Source of the DNA: a virus
Lineage: Duplodnaviria; Heunggongvirae; Uroviricota; Caudoviricetes
IMG/VR virus record: IMGVR_UViG_3300043418_000226
Reading direction: 5' to 3' (one strand)
Length of the DNA: 64,000 nucleotides
In this document: positions 20,620 to 30,136 of the stretch, one piece after another
How positions within the stretch are numbered: the stretch's first letter is position 1
Layout: the number at the start of each line of letters is the position of its first letter
Program-made: the position numbers and the translations under genes
The notes under the pieces: model-generated
Database searches by the model: none
What the model saw: only the letters and a program-made list of their open reading frames with translations
What the model was told of the DNA's origin: nothing

Positions 20620-21483
20620 ATGACTTTAGACTTAGTTAATCAAGAAAAATCAGATATCAAATACAAGATATCATCGTTCCCCGATGGTCAACAAACTGTT
20701 GACTTAACAGACACAATAAAACAATACAATGACCCAATTTATTTGAAGTCACGGTTAAATTCATTCAAAGACCTTGAATTAATTATTTGTGCAACTCAAG
20801 CAATAAGAAATCAGATACCTAATAAAGAGATTAAATTATATGTTCCATATTTTTTAGGTTCACGTAGTGATAGAAAATTTCAAGACGGTGGTGTCAATTA
20901 TTTGAAACAAGTAATCTGTCCCATCATTAATAGTCAAAACTACAGTAGTGTAACCGTAATGGACCCACATAGTGATGTACTTGAGGCTTGTCTTAACAAT
21001 TACAATAAAGAAAATAACTTTAAGTTAGTTAAGTTCGCCCTTAGTAATATTGACAACAAAGACGGTGCACAAGATAGAATTTGTTTGGTTAGTCCTGACG
21101 CAGGAGCATACAAAAAAATCTTCGATGTTGCCAAGTTCTATGGTATTAGTAATATCATTACGGCAACAAAAGTAAGAGACATGAAGACTGGAAACATTCT
21201 TCACACTGAGATTCCCGTACTTGACCAACACAATGATTTAACATATGTTATCGTTGATGATATTTGTGATGGTGGTAGAACCTTTGTTGAACTTGCTAAA
21301 GTAATCAAAGCTGGTAGACCAACCGCTAAAGTATATCTTGTGGTAACTCATGGTATCTTCAGTGCTGGGTTTAAAGTATTGAATGAATATCTTGATGGTG
21401 TTTACTGTACGAACAGTTACAGAGATGTTGCTGACGATGAGTACGAAGTTAAAACGAATGTTAAACAATTAAACGTACTATAA
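20620..21483 (+). CDS. Ribose-phosphate pyrophosphokinase-like protein (likely Adps of NARP1)
   Basis: FPDGQ, PYFLGSRSDR, DPHS, SPDAGA, VDDICDGGRTF and VTHGIFS motifs. Confidence 0.9.
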   Translation: MTLDLVNQEKSDIKYKISSFPDGQQTVDLTDTIKQYNDPIYLKSRLNSFKDLELIICATQAIRNQIPNKEIKLYVPYFLGSRSDRKFQDGGVNYLKQVICPIINSQNYSSVTVMDPHSDVLEACLNNYNKENNFKLVKFALSNIDNKDGAQDRICLVSPDAGAYKKIFDVAKFYGISNIITATKVRDMKTGNILHTEIPVLDQHNDLTYVIVDDICDGGRTFVELAKVIKAGRPTAKVYLVVTHGIFSAGFKVLNEYLDGVYCTNSYRDVADDEYEVKTNVKQLNVL

Positions 21484-21956
21484 TGAGAACAACAGACAAA
21501 CATGTATTTTTTTGGGACGGAATTTATTCCCAATGGTACTGGGCTGACATGGTTATTGACAATATTGAATATAATTCATGTGAACAATATATGATGCATC
21601 AAAAGGCATTGTTATTTGGCGATACCGATATTGCCGAATTAATTATGCAAGAAACAAATCCTCGTGAACAAAAGAAATTTGGTCGTCAAATTAAAGGTTT
21701 TGATAAATCAATTTGGGATAAAAACTGTATGTCGATTGTATACGAAGGTAACTATGCCAAATTTACACAGAACCCTGAATTAAAGGAACAACTATTGGCA
21801 ACCGGTGACCGTGTTTTAGTGGAAGCATCTCCATTTGATAACATATGGGGAATTGGAATGGGTGAGAACGATGAAAATGTAGATGATCCTTCATTTTGGT
21901 TGGGTCTTAACCTATTGGGTTCGGCAATTATGTTAGTTAGAAATCAAATTAAGTAA
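21483..21956 (+). CDS. NADAR (YbiA-like) ADP-ribose hydrolase
   Basis: SQWY, EQYMM..KA..FGD, KFTQN, EASPFDNIWGIG and GLNLLG motifs. Confidence 0.9.
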   Translation: MRTTDKHVFFWDGIYSQWYWADMVIDNIEYNSCEQYMMHQKALLFGDTDIAELIMQETNPREQKKFGRQIKGFDKSIWDKNCMSIVYEGNYAKFTQNPELKEQLLATGDRVLVEASPFDNIWGIGMGENDENVDDPSFWLGLNLLGSAIMLVRNQIK

Positions 21957-22118
21957 CCATGAAAAAAAGAAGATTATTAAATCTAATTGCACCATTCTAT
22001 TTGGGATTTGCGTTGGCTCAGTTTGCAAACATTGATTTTCTTAATTGGAAATTTTATGCCATTATAGTGCCATTTTTTATTTTAGTGTTAATAACCGGTT
22101 TCAATAAAGAAGATTAGT

Positions 22119-22634
22119 ATGTACAATGAAATTGATGGTGACTTAATCACCTTAGCAAAAGAAGGAAAGTTCGACGTTATAACCCATGGTTGTAATTGTT
22201 TATCCAATATGGGTGCGGGTATCGCCCCACAAATGGCGAAAGCATTTGGTGTGAATACATTTGAAATGGAAAGACGCGGTCCGGACATTGAAAAACTTGG
22301 ATGTATTGATTACAAAACATTTGTTCTCGGTGAAAATACAGTTTGGTCTTTGGATGATTATAAGAACAACAAAAACGAACCCGAACTTACGGTTGTGAAT
22401 TCATATACTCAATATAGATACGGTAGAAATCATGCCGATGGTACATCAAGACCATTAGATTATGAGGCACTTACTTTGTGTATGAGAAAAATTAACAACG
22501 TCTTTGAAGGTCAACACATTGGATTACCCAAAATCGGTGCAGGTCTTGCCGGTGGTGACTGGAATAGAATCAAATCTATTATCCAAACAGAACTTAAAGA
22601 CTGTGATGTTACCGTGGTTAATTATAAACCATAA
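22119..22634 (+). CDS. Macrodomain (ADP-ribose binding/hydrolase) protein
   Basis: GDL, HGCNC...MGAGIA, NSYTQ and PKIGAGLAGGDW motifs. Confidence 0.88.
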   Translation: MYNEIDGDLITLAKEGKFDVITHGCNCLSNMGAGIAPQMAKAFGVNTFEMERRGPDIEKLGCIDYKTFVLGENTVWSLDDYKNNKNEPELTVVNSYTQYRYGRNHADGTSRPLDYEALTLCMRKINNVFEGQHIGLPKIGAGLAGGDWNRIKSIIQTELKDCDVTVVNYKP

Positions 22635-22650
22635 AATAATTCAAAAAATA

Positions 22651-22682
22651 TTTGGTACATTAATAATATTGTTATATATTTG
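22651..22682 (+). promoter_or_regulatory. Bacteroidota-type promoter
   Basis: TTTG 22651 and TATATTTG 22675-22682. Confidence 0.75.
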
Positions 22683-22713
22683 TCCAATAAATCATTAATT
22701 AAAACAGAAAAAA

Positions 22714-23103
22714 ATGGAAACATTCGGTAGAGTAGTAGTTGGAATTCTAATCTTCATTGGACTTTCAGTATTGGTAGTAACTTGTAACGTTGGTGGTATC
22801 TTTACCAAACACGCATACAATTCAATGGAGAACGCAGTCATTTCATATGACGAGTATCAAAACATCTATGCTGCTTGTCAACAAGTAGACACAGATTTGG
22901 CAACAATTAGAGAGACACCTGACAACGATAAACAATTCGAACAGTTCAGTAAGGCTTCTATGATTAACGCTAAAAAACAAAAGTTAAGTCGTTTAGTAAA
23001 CGATTACAATGCGTTGAGTAAACATATCGACAAAAAATGGTGGAAGTCAAGTACATTACCATATGAATTAACCGTGAATCAATTTACAAACTATAACAAA
23101 TAA
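22714..23103 (+). CDS. Membrane-anchored hypothetical protein
   Basis: N-terminal TM helix, helical C-terminus. Confidence 0.65.
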   Translation: METFGRVVVGILIFIGLSVLVVTCNVGGIFTKHAYNSMENAVISYDEYQNIYAACQQVDTDLATIRETPDNDKQFEQFSKASMINAKKQKLSRLVNDYNALSKHIDKKWWKSSTLPYELTVNQFTNYNK

Positions 23104-23111
23104 AAAAAAAC

Positions 23112-23699
23112 ATGAAAAAGTACATCCTATTATTCGTAACAATACTTGCATTTGCAAGTTGTGACATTCCTGAACACCAAGATAACGTGTCAGCAATCAA
23201 TGAACAAAAACACACAGAGACAAATCAACAAAATCTTAATCAGATTCAACCACCACCAACTATTACTTGGTCATTGGAAAGAGACAATTTGATTAAACGT
23301 TTTAAATTACAAAACGATAGAGCGGTTATGTTCTACATGTATGTGTTTATCGAAGGTGTTAGTCAACCAATTGGTTATTACCAAGTAAATAAAGTGAGTT
23401 CAGTTAACAGTCAATTAACTAATACTGAACAAATTATATCAGGACAATCGCCAAATAATAATTTACCTAACGGTACAGCAATTGCAATTCCATCACCGGC
23501 AGAGGACGGTTCATACGGTACGAATGGTGACGGTATATTCGGTTTCACACCTGAAGATATCTACATCGAAACCAACATGAAATATATAACATCAACGGTT
23601 CCATTACATTTTGCAACACCTGTTACTAAATTGGCATTAATCAATTCAGACGAGGCTCAGAAAATGTTAAATGTTGCTAAATCAGCAATGAATAAATAA
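23112..23699 (+). CDS. Putative lipoprotein
   Basis: MKK + hydrophobic stretch + FASC lipobox-like; DGSYGTNGDGIF motif. Confidence 0.65.
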   Translation: MKKYILLFVTILAFASCDIPEHQDNVSAINEQKHTETNQQNLNQIQPPPTITWSLERDNLIKRFKLQNDRAVMFYMYVFIEGVSQPIGYYQVNKVSSVNSQLTNTEQIISGQSPNNNLPNGTAIAIPSPAEDGSYGTNGDGIFGFTPEDIYIETNMKYITSTVPLHFATPVTKLALINSDEAQKMLNVAKSAMNK

Positions 23700-23705
23700 C
23701 AAATC

Positions 23706-24359
23706 ATGCAAGTAACATTAAACAAAGATAGTTGGCATTATAAGTACTATAGTGCCATGGTTGGCTCAAAACCACCAAGAACATTATGTCCGTACTTTTG
23801 GATTATGGTCGCGTTAATTATTATCTCACCTATTGTTGGGTCGATATTTTTAATTGGTAAGATAACAAGTTTCATTAGTAAGGGATACAATAAACTTAAA
23901 CCTAAGAAAGTAAAACCATCTGAAACGTATGAGGAAACTCTTGCAAGATGGGATAAAGAACGTGCTGCTGAAACTAAAAGATATCTCTTTTGGGGTAAAG
24001 TAGGTGACATTTGTTTTAAATTATTTAAATGGGTTATCATACCGGTAATAGGAATCACTATATTATACGTACTATCATCGTCCGCATATCAAATGGGTTG
24101 GTTAGTCACATTAATAACGATTTCAATTATATTATTTTTAATTGGAATTATGTTATCAATATATTGGTTAATTGATAGATATGGTGAAGTTGTTGGAGGT
24201 GGTTTTATCAGATTGGTTGTTACCATTTTTAAATTCATCAATCCATTCAATTGGAAAATAACAATGATTATCGGTGAGATGATTAAAGCGGGGTACACTA
24301 AAGCCTGTCCACTAATTCAATGGGACGAAAATTTAGAAGAATCAAAAAATAATTTATAA
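23706..24359 (+). CDS. Membrane protein
   Basis: LCPYFW and several TM segments. Confidence 0.65.
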   Translation: MQVTLNKDSWHYKYYSAMVGSKPPRTLCPYFWIMVALIIISPIVGSIFLIGKITSFISKGYNKLKPKKVKPSETYEETLARWDKERAAETKRYLFWGKVGDICFKLFKWVIIPVIGITILYVLSSSAYQMGWLVTLITISIILFLIGIMLSIYWLIDRYGEVVGGGFIRLVVTIFKFINPFNWKITMIIGEMIKAGYTKACPLIQWDENLEESKNNL

Positions 24360-24371
24360 AAATAATAGGTC

Positions 24372-25457
24372 ATGTCAAGAATTAAGGAACTAAAGTCACA
24401 TTCAAGTAATAATTTTAATTTAGTTGAATTTTTGGAATTGTTCAGTCCCGATAAGAAATCAAAGTACACCGAAATGTTACTTCGTTTAATGAAGAACACT
24501 CCGAACATTAATGAACACGCTAAGGAAATTAAAGCGGAGTTACTTAAAAGATTCGATTTCATTAATAAAGAAGACTTGGAGAATCTTCAACCAATGCAGA
24601 CTATGTTAATTTATAGATTCATTGATAGTTTCTTTAATGATGCTGACTTAATTAACTTCAGAAAGTTCTCTGAATATAATGAAAGAGGTATCGTAGACCA
24701 AAACGATTTGACAACATACAAATCATTTGAGGATGTGATGTTACAATTAGGTTTGGCTGAGTTGAAAGCAGAGACTAAGAATCTTGAGAATGAAATCATA
24801 AAAGTATATGAGAACGAAGAATGGTTATTACTTCGTCCATTAACTTATTTGGCATCTAAAAAGTACGGTTCAAACACTAAATGGTGTACAACCTCTGAAG
24901 GTAATCCAGATTACTTCTTAAAGTACACTTCACGTGGTGTCTTGATTTATTGTATCAATAAAAAATCAGGATATAAAGTGGCATCATTCTGTTCATTGGA
25001 TAAGAAAGAACCTGAGTTTTCATTTTGGAATCAAAAGGATACTCGTATCGATTCATTGGAAACAGAATTGACTGATGAGTTACGTGTAATCATTCGTGAG
25101 GAAAGTTTAGGTAAGGGAGCTAAGACAAATAGATACTTACTATCTGACGAACAAAGAATGAAAGAAGATAAGGTCTTAAACACTAAGTCATCTTATAAGA
25201 TACTTGCACCTGAACCAGATGAAGTTGAAAGACCTCTAAGAAATAGAATCCAAGACGCAATTCGTAGAGAAAATTACGAGGCTGATGTGGATGTTACTGA
25301 AAATGTTACCGAAGAAATTAGTGAATCTCCATATATGGGGGAATCTGAAGCTGTAAATGTAAGAAGGTACGAAGATATTCCTAATGGTCAAGACATGGGA
25401 GAAAATATCGTTTCTGAAAATAACACATTAGGTACTGTTAGTAGAGGTAATTGGTAA
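24372..25457 (+). CDS. Conserved large-phage protein (KYGxNTKWC motif), paralog of 29138-30136
   Basis: MSRIKELK, ASKKYGSNTKWCTT. Confidence 0.7.
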   Translation: MSRIKELKSHSSNNFNLVEFLELFSPDKKSKYTEMLLRLMKNTPNINEHAKEIKAELLKRFDFINKEDLENLQPMQTMLIYRFIDSFFNDADLINFRKFSEYNERGIVDQNDLTTYKSFEDVMLQLGLAELKAETKNLENEIIKVYENEEWLLLRPLTYLASKKYGSNTKWCTTSEGNPDYFLKYTSRGVLIYCINKKSGYKVASFCSLDKKEPEFSFWNQKDTRIDSLETELTDELRVIIREESLGKGAKTNRYLLSDEQRMKEDKVLNTKSSYKILAPEPDEVERPLRNRIQDAIRRENYEADVDVTENVTEEISESPYMGESEAVNVRRYEDIPNGQDMGENIVSENNTLGTVSRGNW

Positions 25458-25714
25458 TTAAAAATTAATTATAATTGATTAAGGGACATCTTTGTTACAT
25501 TGGTGTCCCTTAATTATTTAAAGTAAACAATATGTGGAACAAAATTATAGTATCAATTGAGTGGATAATAATCTTTGGGTTAATATTTTCAATCATAATA
25601 CCCGATTGGAATAAGGTACCCGTAGTAAAGGATTACTTCGCTTTACTTATAATGGGTGAACTTGGTCTTGACCTTTATGTTAGGTTAAAACAGAAATTAT
25701 AGATATTTATTAAT

Positions 25715-25945
25715 ATGAAAATCATTATCACCGAAGCACAATATAAATTAATTGAAGAAGAATATAATCCTGATAAATTATATGATAGGGATAGAATTAT
25801 TCAAAGATTAAAGAAGGCACCAAAATATGTTAGAGAATATGGTAAAAATTTACCATACATTGATTGTACCGACCCAAACGGTAATCAAACCATTTGTACC
25901 AAACTTCCACAAATATTATATCAATATTTTATGGGAAATTTCTAA
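25715..25945 (+). CDS. Small protein with MKIIITExQ N-terminus
   Basis: 76 aa; preceded by ATATTTAT motif rather than a TAnnTTTG promoter. Confidence 0.6.
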   Translation: MKIIITEAQYKLIEEEYNPDKLYDRDRIIQRLKKAPKYVREYGKNLPYIDCTDPNGNQTICTKLPQILYQYFMGNF

Positions 25946-25951
25946 AAATAA

Positions 25952-25983
25952 TTTGGCACATTAAAATTATTGTCTTATCTTTG
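25952..25983 (+). promoter_or_regulatory. Bacteroidota-type promoter
   Basis: TTTG 25952 and TATCTTTG 25976-25983. Confidence 0.75.
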
Positions 25984-25987
25984 TCAC

Positions 25988-26548
25988 ATGAAAAAGACAT
26001 TAATTATACATCCGAAAGATCCATCGACGACATTTTTAGACATTGTCTATAAAGATGTACCTAATCAAACATTGATTACCGGTGGAGTTACCAAGAGTGA
26101 ATTGAACGAACTAATCGAATCTCATGATAGAGTTTTAATGATGGGACACGGTTCACCGAGTGGGTTATTTGCTGTCGGTCAATTTCTATTAGATACTGCA
26201 CCGTATAGTGGATATATTATCGACCAAACTACAGTTCCATTATTGGAAAAGAAAGAAGGTAACGTGTTTATTTGGTGTAACGCCGATAGATTCGTAGACA
26301 CTTACAAACTGAAAGGTTTTTATACCGGTATGTTTATCAGTGAAGTAGGTGAGGCAATTTATTGTGGACTACCTGGTACACAACAAGAAGAGGTTGACGA
26401 ATCTAATTACGGTTTCTGTGAAATCATTAGTAAGTACATCAACGAAGACACGGAAAACATCCATGAAAATGTAACCAAAGAATACGGAGTCATCGCAGAC
26501 GAAAACCCTGTTGCACTTTACAATCACAATCGTTTATACAAAGCATAA
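25988..26548 (+). CDS. Hypothetical protein, possible clan CD (caspase/CHAT-like) cysteine peptidase fold
   Basis: hydrophobic strand + GHG (VLMMGHG) and hydrophobic strand + C (VFIWCNA); start moved to ATG 25988. Confidence 0.4.
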   Translation: MKKTLIIHPKDPSTTFLDIVYKDVPNQTLITGGVTKSELNELIESHDRVLMMGHGSPSGLFAVGQFLLDTAPYSGYIIDQTTVPLLEKKEGNVFIWCNADRFVDTYKLKGFYTGMFISEVGEAIYCGLPGTQQEEVDESNYGFCEIISKYINEDTENIHENVTKEYGVIADENPVALYNHNRLYKA

Positions 26549-26549
26549 T

Positions 26550-27023
26550 ATGGTAGAGAAATTTGAATTCAGTGAAGAAGAATTGAGTGATATTGGATTG
26601 TTCGCCAAGAGATTCAAAGAACTTGTTAAGATTATTAACAAAAATTTTGCCGGTGATAAGAAAATAGAACTATCTAATCTTATGAGGTCAATTAGAAATC
26701 AGGAGAAAGGAATGGCATCAATTGAAGGACAAAATAGAGCAAGACCTGTTAAGGAAATTAGAACCTTAAGTCCATTACCTTATATGATTCAAAATGGGGT
26801 TGAACTTTTTATTGAATTAAATGATAAGTTTAAACTACAAGATATCAACTTGAAAATCGATGAGTTGTATCAATATTATGTTGACACAACAGACCTTGAA
26901 ATCACACCTAAGTTATTTTCTAATCTTAATTATTTGATTGAGTATTATGAAGATAAGGAAGAGTTTGAAAAGTGTATAACGTTACAAAAATTGAGTAAAT
27001 CAATTGAGGAACTAAAAAAATAG
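26550..27023 (+). CDS. Hypothetical protein with C-terminal UVR-like motif
   Basis: IEYYEDKEEFEKCITL; start at ATG 26550. Confidence 0.55.
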   Translation: MVEKFEFSEEELSDIGLFAKRFKELVKIINKNFAGDKKIELSNLMRSIRNQEKGMASIEGQNRARPVKEIRTLSPLPYMIQNGVELFIELNDKFKLQDINLKIDELYQYYVDTTDLEITPKLFSNLNYLIEYYEDKEEFEKCITLQKLSKSIEELKK

Positions 27024-27026
27024 AGT

Positions 27027-27329
27027 ATGGTTGCGGAGTACGAAAGTTCAATTTTATGTGGTGGAAGTTTATTCTTTTGTGAAAAACTTACATTCACCGA
27101 TACAACCATAACATGGGATAAAGACCATGGACCTTTTGGTATTTTCACCAAATCGATGACAGTTCCACGAAGTGGTTTACATAACGTTATTGTCGATGAA
27201 AGAATATTGGGTTCCAATATCCATTTAATCTTTAAAGGACCTAATGATTTTAGTTCTTATACGATTATCGGGTCGGGATTTGATAGTGACGAAGCGGAAG
27301 AGATTCGTTATAACTTAATGTTAAAATAA
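27027..27329 (+). CDS. Hypothetical protein (PH-like)
   Basis: 100 aa beta-rich ORF. Confidence 0.5.
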   Translation: MVAEYESSILCGGSLFFCEKLTFTDTTITWDKDHGPFGIFTKSMTVPRSGLHNVIVDERILGSNIHLIFKGPNDFSSYTIIGSGFDSDEAEEIRYNLMLK

Positions 27330-27346
27330 TCAATAAATTTTATATT

Positions 27347-27622
27347 ATGAAAGCAATTTTAATTAGTGGTGACGGTGACTATTGTGCTGTTCACTTTGAA
27401 AACAAATTCGGTGGTACACCTGTGAGTGACATTATCCAACACCCTGAATCTTTTTATCCTGACTACGACGATGAGGATGAAGGTGAAACTTGGTCAATCG
27501 AAATTATTGAGGTCGGTGAAGTTGACCCAAGATTTGTATCGTTTATTAGAAGTAACATTGAGGACTATGACACTTCAAAGAACGTTACTTTCTATTTGGA
27601 AAACGAAAAAGTTAGGAAATAA
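27347..27622 (+). CDS. Acidic hypothetical protein
   Basis: 91 aa ORF. Confidence 0.6.
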   Translation: MKAILISGDGDYCAVHFENKFGGTPVSDIIQHPESFYPDYDDEDEGETWSIEIIEVGEVDPRFVSFIRSNIEDYDTSKNVTFYLENEKVRK

Positions 27623-27716
27623 AAAATAAAAACACCCGCTACGTAGTCACGGCCGGATAACACGTACAGACAAGGAAGAAAAGGTCAGTCCGGGTGTTTT
27701 TTTAAAATAACATATC

Positions 27717-27836
27717 ATGACACAACAACCATCAGAGGCACCAACTAAGCCTACCACGAAACCAGGTACTAGACCTGAGAAACCAAAAAGAGAGAATCCT
27801 TTCGAACCTAAACACACACCGAAACCAAAAGCATAA
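27717..27836 (+). CDS. 39 aa Pro/Lys-rich peptide (not in the ORF track)
   Basis: MTQQPSEAPTKPTTKPGTRPEKPKRENPFEPKHTPKPKA. Confidence 0.5.
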   Translation: MTQQPSEAPTKPTTKPGTRPEKPKRENPFEPKHTPKPKA

Positions 27837-27869
27837 TTTAACTATTGGTTTATTTCTGTATTTATTACC

Positions 27870-28559
27870 ATGAATATAAAAGATAAAGTAACAATCGTAA
27901 TTCCTTGTTATAACGAGGAAAGGTATATAACTAGAACCATTATGTCGATTGCCAAACAATCAAACATTTATGGTACTACTGTTATTATTGTTGATGGATT
28001 CAGTACAGATAAAACCAGAGAAAAAGTTAGAGCTTTAAAAAATACTTTCAGTAACGTAATTGACATTGAAATGGTTGACGGTGGTAGAGTTGCGTTTGCA
28101 AGAAATTACGGAGCATCCTTAGTATCAACCAAGTACACTTTGTTTATCGACGCAGATACCATTCTAATTGATAGTGATTTAATCGATACTACATTAAAAG
28201 AAATGTATCATTTTCATTTACATCTGTTAACATGTAAATTAACATCTTCAGATAATGACATCATTAGTAAATTTAGTCACTTCTGTTACAATGTTTTAAA
28301 TTACTTTATATCGTGGAAGAAACCATACGCAATTGGAAAGTACTTTTTAACAAACACAAACAAGTTTAAAGAGTTAGGTGGATTCGATGAGAAACTTTAT
28401 TGTAACGAAGACTATGACTTATCTAACAAATATGAGGTGAATCATTTCAGAGTATCAAAAAAATATATCGGTCTAGATAGTGAGAAATTAAAAAAGAAGG
28501 GTTACCTTTACACCATTAAGTCACTTATCAATAAACATTTAAAAAATGGACGAATTTAA
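27870..28559 (+). CDS. Glycosyltransferase family 2
   Basis: IVIPCYNEE, VDGFSTDKT, ARNYGA, FIDAD and GGFDE..ED motifs. Confidence 0.9.
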   Translation: MNIKDKVTIVIPCYNEERYITRTIMSIAKQSNIYGTTVIIVDGFSTDKTREKVRALKNTFSNVIDIEMVDGGRVAFARNYGASLVSTKYTLFIDADTILIDSDLIDTTLKEMYHFHLHLLTCKLTSSDNDIISKFSHFCYNVLNYFISWKKPYAIGKYFLTNTNKFKELGGFDEKLYCNEDYDLSNKYEVNHFRVSKKYIGLDSEKLKKKGYLYTIKSLINKHLKNGRI

Positions 28560-28743
28560 TTATGTGATTGCCAGAAAATGGTCGGATAAAGATAACCGAT
28601 TAAATTGTTACACATTTCATACCACAGTGTTTTATGGTGATATGGAAGATGCCAAAAATACTTTAGAATTCATTAGAGGTCGAGCCGACAATCCACCGGA
28701 ACAATACTCCATTTTCAAAATCGACGAAACACCTATTACATAA
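28546..28743 (+). CDS. Hypothetical protein
   Basis: 65 aa ORF. Confidence 0.5.
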   Translation: MDEFNYVIARKWSDKDNRLNCYTFHTTVFYGDMEDAKNTLEFIRGRADNPPEQYSIFKIDETPIT

Positions 28744-29081
28744 TGTTACCGTTTAAATTTTTTCAAAATACAGACTCATCTTCTATTTTGGATGACTATC
28801 CTGGTTGGACATGGACTGAAACAGATATGATGACCAGACGAGTTCGTCGTAATCACGAAATAGTTGATATGAATTATTTTGCGGAGAGTTATCGTATACA
28901 TGGAATTATTAATTTCTTAAGATTATTTAATCGAACCGATAGCGTTTACATATATTCAATGGAATGTAACGGTATTAGAATTTTTCATGATAACAACGAA
29001 CAAGGATGGCCATGGGATATTACCACAGAATTAATTACATTTGAGGCAATTATTATCCCAAGGGAAAGATTTTTTCTATAA
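28743..29081 (+). CDS. FKF-tag family protein (paralog of 30633)
   Basis: MLPFKFFQ; no Lys after the tag; WPWDI motif. Confidence 0.7.
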   Translation: MLPFKFFQNTDSSSILDDYPGWTWTETDMMTRRVRRNHEIVDMNYFAESYRIHGIINFLRLFNRTDSVYIYSMECNGIRIFHDNNEQGWPWDITTELITFEAIIIPRERFFL

Positions 29082-29084
29082 TAT

Positions 29085-29115
29085 TTTGTAGTTTATAAAA
29101 TATTGGTTATATTTG
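29085..29115 (+). promoter_or_regulatory. Bacteroidota-type promoter
   Basis: TTTG 29085 and TATATTTG 29108-29115. Confidence 0.7.
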
Positions 29116-29137
29116 TATAAATTTTAATACATTTCCT

Positions 29138-30136
29138 ATGTCAAGATTAGACAAACTTAAAGAATTACATCCCGAGTTAGCTAAGGTTTCAGTGATGGAT
29201 ATAATCGCATCTGCCGACCCGTCTACTACATACAAATATTGTGACTTCTTAGTTAAGATGTTCAAAAGAAACTTCACCCATATCGAAAATGGTCAGGTGT
29301 TAACTTCATTTATATCGGGACAATTATTTGGTAATGAATTTGTCGAAACGTTAAACAAATTTGAAGATCACCACAAAGCCAAGAGAATTAGGATTAAAGA
29401 CATTTCTTTATATTCATCATATGATGACATTAAAGTCCAAGTTGAAGAGGCTGATGAAGTTGTTCGTATTAAAGAACTTGAGAAAGATGCTAATAAAATC
29501 TATAACGATTCAGAATGGTTAGTTCTTATTCCTAAGACATATGAATCGGCAATGCTGTATGCTAACAACACAAAGTGGTGCATCACACAAAAGAGTTATT
29601 GGAATGATTATAAAAAACATACGAGGATAATTTTCGTTATCAATAAAAAAACAGATGATAAGTTTGCAATATCAAAAAGATTTGACGATAAAGTAATCCA
29701 AGGTTGGGATGCTAGAGACATTGAGACTTCACCATTGTTATGGGATTTCAATGATAACATATGGAAAGTTCTCCGTAAAGAATTAAAGAAATCTAAAATT
29801 GAAATTCAATTGGATGAATTACCAAACGGAATGATTTTCGGAAAGTCTAATTTAATGATTCCGTACGAAGATGCAACTTTACAAGAATTAGAAAGTTTCT
29901 TTAAAAAATTCGGAGATTGTCTTGAGGAAGAATTTAAAAATAAAATTGTCACTAAAGGTAGAGAACTGAGAGAGTTAGATGAAATTGAGAAGAGGTCAAT
30001 TAAAAAGTTTAGTTCATTACCAACAAAGAAAATATTAGATGAAACAGATTTATATCGTTGGATTAATAATGGTGATTCTGATTTAAACATTGACGACATA
30101 TTAAAAACCTATTTAACAGGCAAGTATTATGAGTAG
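29138..30136 (+). CDS. Conserved large-phage protein, paralog of 24372-25457
   Basis: MSRLDKLK, SAMLYANNTKWCIT. Confidence 0.7.
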   Translation: MSRLDKLKELHPELAKVSVMDIIASADPSTTYKYCDFLVKMFKRNFTHIENGQVLTSFISGQLFGNEFVETLNKFEDHHKAKRIRIKDISLYSSYDDIKVQVEEADEVVRIKELEKDANKIYNDSEWLVLIPKTYESAMLYANNTKWCITQKSYWNDYKKHTRIIFVINKKTDDKFAISKRFDDKVIQGWDARDIETSPLLWDFNDNIWKVLRKELKKSKIEIQLDELPNGMIFGKSNLMIPYEDATLQELESFFKKFGDCLEEEFKNKIVTKGRELRELDEIEKRSIKKFSSLPTKKILDETDLYRWINNGDSDLNIDDILKTYLTGKYYE

